From Hyaloraphidium curvatum SAG 235-1 (lineage: Eukaryota; Fungi; Monoblepharomycota): DNA of 64,000 bases. Below the pieces are notes generated by a model, which ran no database searches, had not been told where the DNA came from, and worked only from the letters and a program-made list of their open reading frames with translations. Position 1 is the first letter of the stretch. Each line of letters begins with the position of its first letter. Below, in pieces: positions 58,102 through 64,000 of this stretch. Where the stretch lies: contig JAIVFI010000018.1 of assembly GCA_025558095.1 (NCBI GenBank), positions 372,001-436,000 of the forward strand. The letters run 5' to 3'. A program made the translations under genes and the position numbers.

Positions 58102-60434
58102 CTAACCAATGCATCCAGAGACAAAGTCAAGGAAACGCTTTCCATACATCAGAGGATTGACAGCGGATATCGTTTTGGAATCCTGGGTCACAGATTTGAA
58201 AAAGTTCTCCATCTTCTTCCCCGTGCTGTAGAAGGTCAGAATGTCAATCACCCCAAGGTAGTAGATCTCATCTAGCGGCTGATTTGCCTGGTCAGTTGCC
58301 CGAAGACCGCCATCATCCTGGTAGAAGAAGAGATGCTTGCGTCTGCACGAGTGAGACTTGGTCATGGTAGTGCTTGAGAGACTCACTCTTCTGGAAGAGC
58401 CTCCGGAAGCTTGGATGATGACGGTCCAAGTGCAATAGGATCAGACGTTGCGACTGCCTTGCGGACTTCCGACGGATTGCCACGCCAGTTCTGGCCCTGA
58501 GTGTTGGGCTCGAACACCGCCAACGTTGTGTCGCGAATGTTCTCTTGATTCCCGCGGACCATGTTGTGAATGCCAATCAGCAGGGAGTAATCCATCAACT
58601 TCTCGCGTTCCAAGAACTGCGGCACCACTGCAGCGTGAGCCAAGGGTTGCAAACGGTGAAGCAACGTGGAAAAATGATCACCTTGATGTCAGCTTCCAGT
58701 TGGGCAAGGAGTCGGGTGCGCTTCTCGGGCCCAAGACGGAGCTTTCGACCGGCTTCCAACCAGTTCAAGTCCTTCTGTACGGCTCGAGGATTGCGCCGCA
58801 AATCTTCCTCTCGGAGCTTTCGCCCATAGGTAGATCCCTGGTTTCAATGTCTGAGTAGGCACAATGCTGAATGGGAATTCAGCCTGACCTTAAGATCAAA
58901 TGTCTCATGGATATCCTTGTTCGGAGGAAAGATGTTTGCCATGACCACGAAATGGATCTTGCGGCCTCGAGGCAGCTTCACACGGTGGAGACCAAAGATC
59001 CTGTTGATGAGCGTCTGGGGATTCAAAACGAGGTGCTGCATGGATGGTTACGATTCGGCCTGGTCGTTTCGATCCCCGAGCCCGCGTACCTCGTGGTAGT
59101 TGGCAAGTATCTGCCTCAAGAGCTTGTGCTCGTTGTGGTGAATGGTCTTGATGATGAACCTGTAGTCCGCCGAGAAGTAGAAGAAGCTCCCGCTCTTGCC
59201 CGGAGACCCAAGCTCAGAGAGCACGTATTTGCCCGTAAGAGAAACCTGGCGGCGCGGCCCGAGAGCCCGGATTCAACCCGGTCCGGCAGGGGACCAACAT
59301 GCGAAGGCTCACAAGGTAGTCCGCAGGATCGATCCTGCTCACGTCACGAATGGCGCGGAACACCCATGGGGCGTAGTCTTTGAACTTGAAATCGTACTTT
59401 GAAGACGGTGTCAGTTCGTCACCAGTGCTGCGGCACAAGGCGATCAGATCGGTCCGCTTCTGCAACGACGGCGCAAGCCTCGACTGACATATCGAATGCC
59501 AACTTGTGAGCTGCGGTGAAGTCCTCGGGTTCGAGGGCCCGCCATGGTTTGGCCGTGCAACGGGAGACCTAGGCACCCAGTCAGCGCGCGTAATTTCCGC
59601 TGCCGCCCACGAGTCGTACGGCGATCCTGATCCCCGTCAACATGTCGTACATGAGGACGTAGTTGGCGTGATCGTGGCGAATCGGGGTGCCGATGACGAC
59701 ATTGTCGACACCGTCGGATCGCCGCTTCAGGTATCGAACCGCCGATGAAGATGGCGCTTGAGCTGTTGGTCCCAAGCTTCCTTCCGAAACTTCCGCCTTC
59801 TTCCCCTTCACCAGGACAGAAGCGTTATCCGCAACAGATTGCTTCGCCGAGCTGCGTGAGGTACGATCAGCAGGAGATCCGCGCAGTTCGTCGCGTCTCG
59901 CCACCTCGGCAGGCTCGGTTTTGGTGTCGTCTGGGTGGGTGGAATATCAGCATGAAATGCCGACGGCCTAGGAGAGTAACCCACGAGGCTCAATCCGCTT
60001 GGCGCCGAGGAACTGGACGGTGCTCGCTTCAGCGGGACGAACGGAGCGGCCCACGGGGTCACGCACCCTGGCCAAGGCCGAAGTGCGCCAAGAGGCATCC
60101 CTCCCTGCACTTCCTCAGTCGTTGTCCCCAGCGCTTTTGCCATTTGCGGCAAACCCAGGGGCGCGTTGACCCCTTGGATTTCAGGGAGCGATTCCCCATG
60201 TCCATTGGGCAAACCCTCGCTGTCCGCCCCAGAACTCCCCGGGCCATTCCCGGCGAGTCGTTTGCTGTCCACCGCGAGGAGATCCTGTCCATGTCCATCC
60301 GCCGAAAGCCCGTTCTCCGGCAAAGCTGAACCACCGGGAGGACCCGGCGCGAGTCCGTCCCCGACAAGCACAGGCGGCGGCTGGGGCGGAGGAAGCGGCT
60401 GCGGTGGCGACGACGCGGCCACGGCCGCAGCCAT
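58102..60434 (-). CDS. MSS4: Phosphatidylinositol-4-phosphate 5-kinase (Mss4/Its3)
   Basis: [82 protein letters not shown]. Confidence 0.93.
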
Positions 60435-60612
60435 GTCGCGCTGCCAGCGCGTACTGGGGTGCGGAACGCGGGGAGTGCGGATGGTCGAGGACGCGCGCGC
60501 TCTGTGCGCGCACACGCCCCGTTCGGACCAGCCCGAAACACGCCAAATCCTCCGCTTCCCAGCGCCGTCCGGCTATGCGTTTGGCCATGGGACGCGCGTG
60601 GCTGCACGGGAA

Positions 60613-62541
60613 ATGACGAGTGCGCTTCCGGCCGCGGGTGCTGGAGGCAGCACCGCGGTTGGCCAAGGCACGCCAGATGCACCGGAGGATGGGACGCGGG
60701 ATCGGGCGGGGGACGTGGCAACCGACCAGGCACCGCAAACCGAGGCTCGCGTCGTGGTCGAAGCCCAAGAGCTCCGAGGCGAGGGGAGAACGGAAGCGGA
60801 GCGCGGGACAGAGGTGTCACACCCGGAGCCCGAACCTGTCAACAAGGGGTCGAGTGGCACCGTGTCGGCGGCCGGTCGAGGCGGCGCGGCCACGAACACT
60901 TGCGCGCAGGAAAATGCGGGCCCGAATGCATGCAATGTCGGCGGATCGGGATCCTCGCCCCGGAAGGACGACAGCGCGCGCCTTTCCACCAACACTGCGC
61001 CGTCGGTTGTGCAGCGTGCCTCCAAATCGGTGCAGAGAGACAAAAAGCCCTTGTATCAGCTTACGGTCGGGTACAAAACGCTGTTGGAATCGTGCCAAGC
61101 GGTAGGCGCTCATTCCGAAGGCACCAAATGCATTGAAGCGAATTGGATCATCCAGAAACGGACCAACAAGCGGCCCTACAGGTTCACGCCAGCGTCTGGA
61201 CCGGTGCTGGCCAAGGGCGCCCTTAGCTTGGCCTCAGCATCGGCAGCGGCAAGCGACCCCGACCCTTTCGTTCTGCCCAATAGGGGACCGAACAACAACG
61301 GCTATGACGACGTGTACGACGACTACGTGGTCGTCGAGGGAGAAGTTTGGTTGGATCGGTACACCCTCGGAAAACCTCTTGGACGGGGGAGTTTTGGTCA
61401 GGTCGTCGAGGCTTTCGATTCCGTGCTTGGAAAGGCGGTTGCCATCAAGATCATCAAGTCCAGGCCCAGCTTCACCAACCAGGGCAAAATCGAGCTCCGG
61501 ATTCTCCAGCACATGAATGCAAAGGATCCAGAGGATTCGAACTGCATCGGTGAGTGCACCTTTGCCGCCTGCCCTGCGGGGTCGACTCATGGTTCTTCAG
61601 TGCGACTCTTGTGCCACTTCTCTTTCCGCAATCACCTTTGCCTGGTTTACGAAGTGCTATGCTGCAATCTCTACGAGCTTCTCAGGATCGGGAACTTCGC
61701 GGGCATGAGCCTGAACCTCGTTCGCAAGTTCGGCTATCAGATTGCGCTGGCGCTCCGATTCCTGGCGCGCGAGGACGTTCGGGTACTCCACTGCGACCTG
61801 AAGCCAGAAAAGTAAGGTCTCTTGGAGTGCCATTGCCGGGGGCTCACGCTCTACATCTTGCCAGCATTCTTCTGCGTGACCCAAAGAAAGCTCTCATCAA
61901 GATCATCGACTTCGGCAGCTCCTGCTTCGTAGACGAAAGGGTTGGTGCCGGACATCCTCTATCGAAGTCAGCTGACCCGGGGCCAGGCGTATACGTACAT
62001 CCAGTCCCGGTTTTACCGCGCGCCAGAAGTGATCTTGGGCGCGCAATACTCGAACGAGATCGACATGTGGTCGTTGGGCTGCATTCTGGCTGAGCTTTAC
62101 ACCGGACAGCCTCTCTTTTGCGGACAGAACGAAGCAGATCAGATTTGCTCGATTCGGCACATACTCGGCCCCTTACCGGCTGCTTTGCTGGACAACGCCC
62201 ATGCGGAGAAAATCCGCAAACTTGGGAAGGCTGTGGGGCATCCGGCTCCTCCTACGGGACCGTTACCACTCCGGAGCATCCAGCAGATTCTGGAGAGCCG
62301 GTTCCGGGCCACTGTCGAGAACGGCATTGGGCCCGATGCCGAGCGCCGATCGGCTGACTTCGCCGTTTTCGTTGACTTGATCGAACGACTCTTGCGGTTG
62401 GACCCCAAGCAACGGTTACAGCCTGTGGAGGCTCTCCTGCACCCCTTTTTCCGACCGGCTCCGCCGGCTCAATCTGCGACGCGAAACGGCGCAACGGCGG
62501 CAACGCTGCGACCCGCCGGCCATCTTCGTCAGGATCAATGA
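60613..62541 (+). CDS. DYRK-family dual-specificity kinase (DYRK1-like)
   Basis: DH box NNNGYDDVYDDYVVVEGEVWLDRY, GRGSFGQV, HCDLKPEN, IIDFGSSC, YTYIQSRFYRAPEVILG. Confidence 0.9.
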
Positions 62542-62692
62542 CTGGCACTGTTTGCCGACTTTGTCTTTAGTCTCCTGTCTTCTCTAGAGTGTACCCGAGA
62601 GACTAGATCGGGCGCCTTGGGGCGTGTGAAAACGTGCCGAGCTGATCACCACCGCCGTGCAACCATTCTAACATCGGACCCGGCACGCGGAA

Positions 62693-64000
62693 ATGGTCCA
62701 CGACGCGCCTGGCGCGCCCGCGGGCGGCACCGACACCGCCATGGACGTCGATGCAAAAGTGGACGACGCGCAGGGGGCGACCGAGGGCACTGCGGAGAGC
62801 AGCTCGCTCGTCATGGTCGTGGCCGGTACGCAAGCCCTGTACCTGGCAAGGCTTCGCCTCACGCGTCAATGCGGCGGCAGATATCCGTCAGAATGTGACA
62901 TTGATTGAAAAGGCGGTTTCGACTATCGAGTCGCGCTTCACGACGCGTGCGCTCCGGAACACCGCGTCCGTGCGGAGGAGGCTGTCGCCAGAGATCTTGT
63001 CGTTTGCCGTGTCTTCCCTTCTGCCCACCGGTATTCCTGGTTTGTACCTCTTGCGTTGCTAAGGATCTGACCGATTGGGCGGTGGCAGACAACACCACGA
63101 GGCAAAAGCTGCTCGCGGCGCTCGAGGAGGTTCGCCAACATGGCAACACACGTCCGTTCCTACTCATTCTGCGATCCCAGAGTAAATCGGATTCCATGGA
63201 CACTGGAGGCAGTGCGGCGCAGGTCACGCCTCCGAAGCAAGTCTCTCCGGAGAGTGAGGTTTACCTCGGCCTTCTCGTCGTCATCTGTTTCCACGACAGT
63301 AAGAAGTTCAACGAGGTTGGTACACGAGGCTACGAGGATCCGCTACGACCTTTAACTTGCGATTCAGGGGCTTCGTCTTTCGGGAGATCTCATCGAGCTC
63401 ACGAGCAGCCTGAACCGGCGGACGATGGATCAGCTGGCGGCCCGGCTGTACTACTACCACGCCCGCTTTTTCGAGCTGTTGGGAAAGCTTTCGGAAGTCC
63501 GAGGGTGGGCCCATCGAGCTCTGTTGTTCCATTGGTGGCCTGACCGCGGCCGCAGCACCCTCCTCGCAGCACATCGGACGGCTACCTTGAGACGTGACGA
63601 GGATTGCCAGGCAACCCTGATGAACCTACTGCTGCGCAATTACCTGCACTACAACCTGTACGATCAGGCCGACAAGCTGGTGTCCAAGTCGGTCTTTCCT
63701 GAATCGGCGAACAACAACCAGCTCGCAAGATACATGTACTACCTCGGACGCATCCGCGCCATCCAGCTCGACTACACGTCGTCCCATCGTTTTCTCCAGC
63801 AAGCCATCCGTAAAGCACCGCAGAATGCAGCGACCGTCGGCTTCCTGCAGACGGTAGGTATGTTCGGCTTGCCTCCGGCCGTCCCTCACAGTTTGCCGGC
63901 AGACGCACAAGCTGTCAATAATCGTCCAGCTGCTCATGGGCGAGATACCGGACAGGGCCATCTTTCGGCACCCGCAGCTGCGGAAGGCTCTCGTGCCTTA
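62693..64000 (+). CDS. RPN3: 26S proteasome regulatory subunit Rpn3/PSMD3 (3'-partial)
   Basis: [92 protein letters not shown]. Confidence 0.94.

Overview
Gene-dense, GC-rich eukaryotic genomic DNA with many short (~50-60 nt) spliceosomal introns. The gene content suggests an early-diverging (zoosporic) fungus, which is an inference. Most of the window is housekeeping genes: HEM14, MSD1, an NRAMP transporter, GTR1, AFG1, SAP30, VWA8, TAD1, MAM33, COG1, PRCC, SNRNP27, a forkhead factor, RPS20, MRP21, PTC1, CDK1, IMP1, eIF4B, MSS4, a DYRK kinase and partial RPN3. The standout is at 84-5390. It is a four-exon Fanzor (eukaryotic TnpB-like RNA-guided nuclease) whose complete RuvC triad appears only after splicing. 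It is predicted to be fused to a ~500-aa multi-pass hydrophobic N-terminal region (1647 aa in total). Directly after the stop are two long nested hairpins that look like an omegaRNA scaffold. A second accessory region (about 48.1-58.0 kb) is a cluster of rearranged APE-RT non-LTR retrotransposon copies. One copy is interrupted by a 2.87-kb transposase-less TIR element with a 9-bp TSD and cargo ORFs. All gene models were read by eye and no database search was run.
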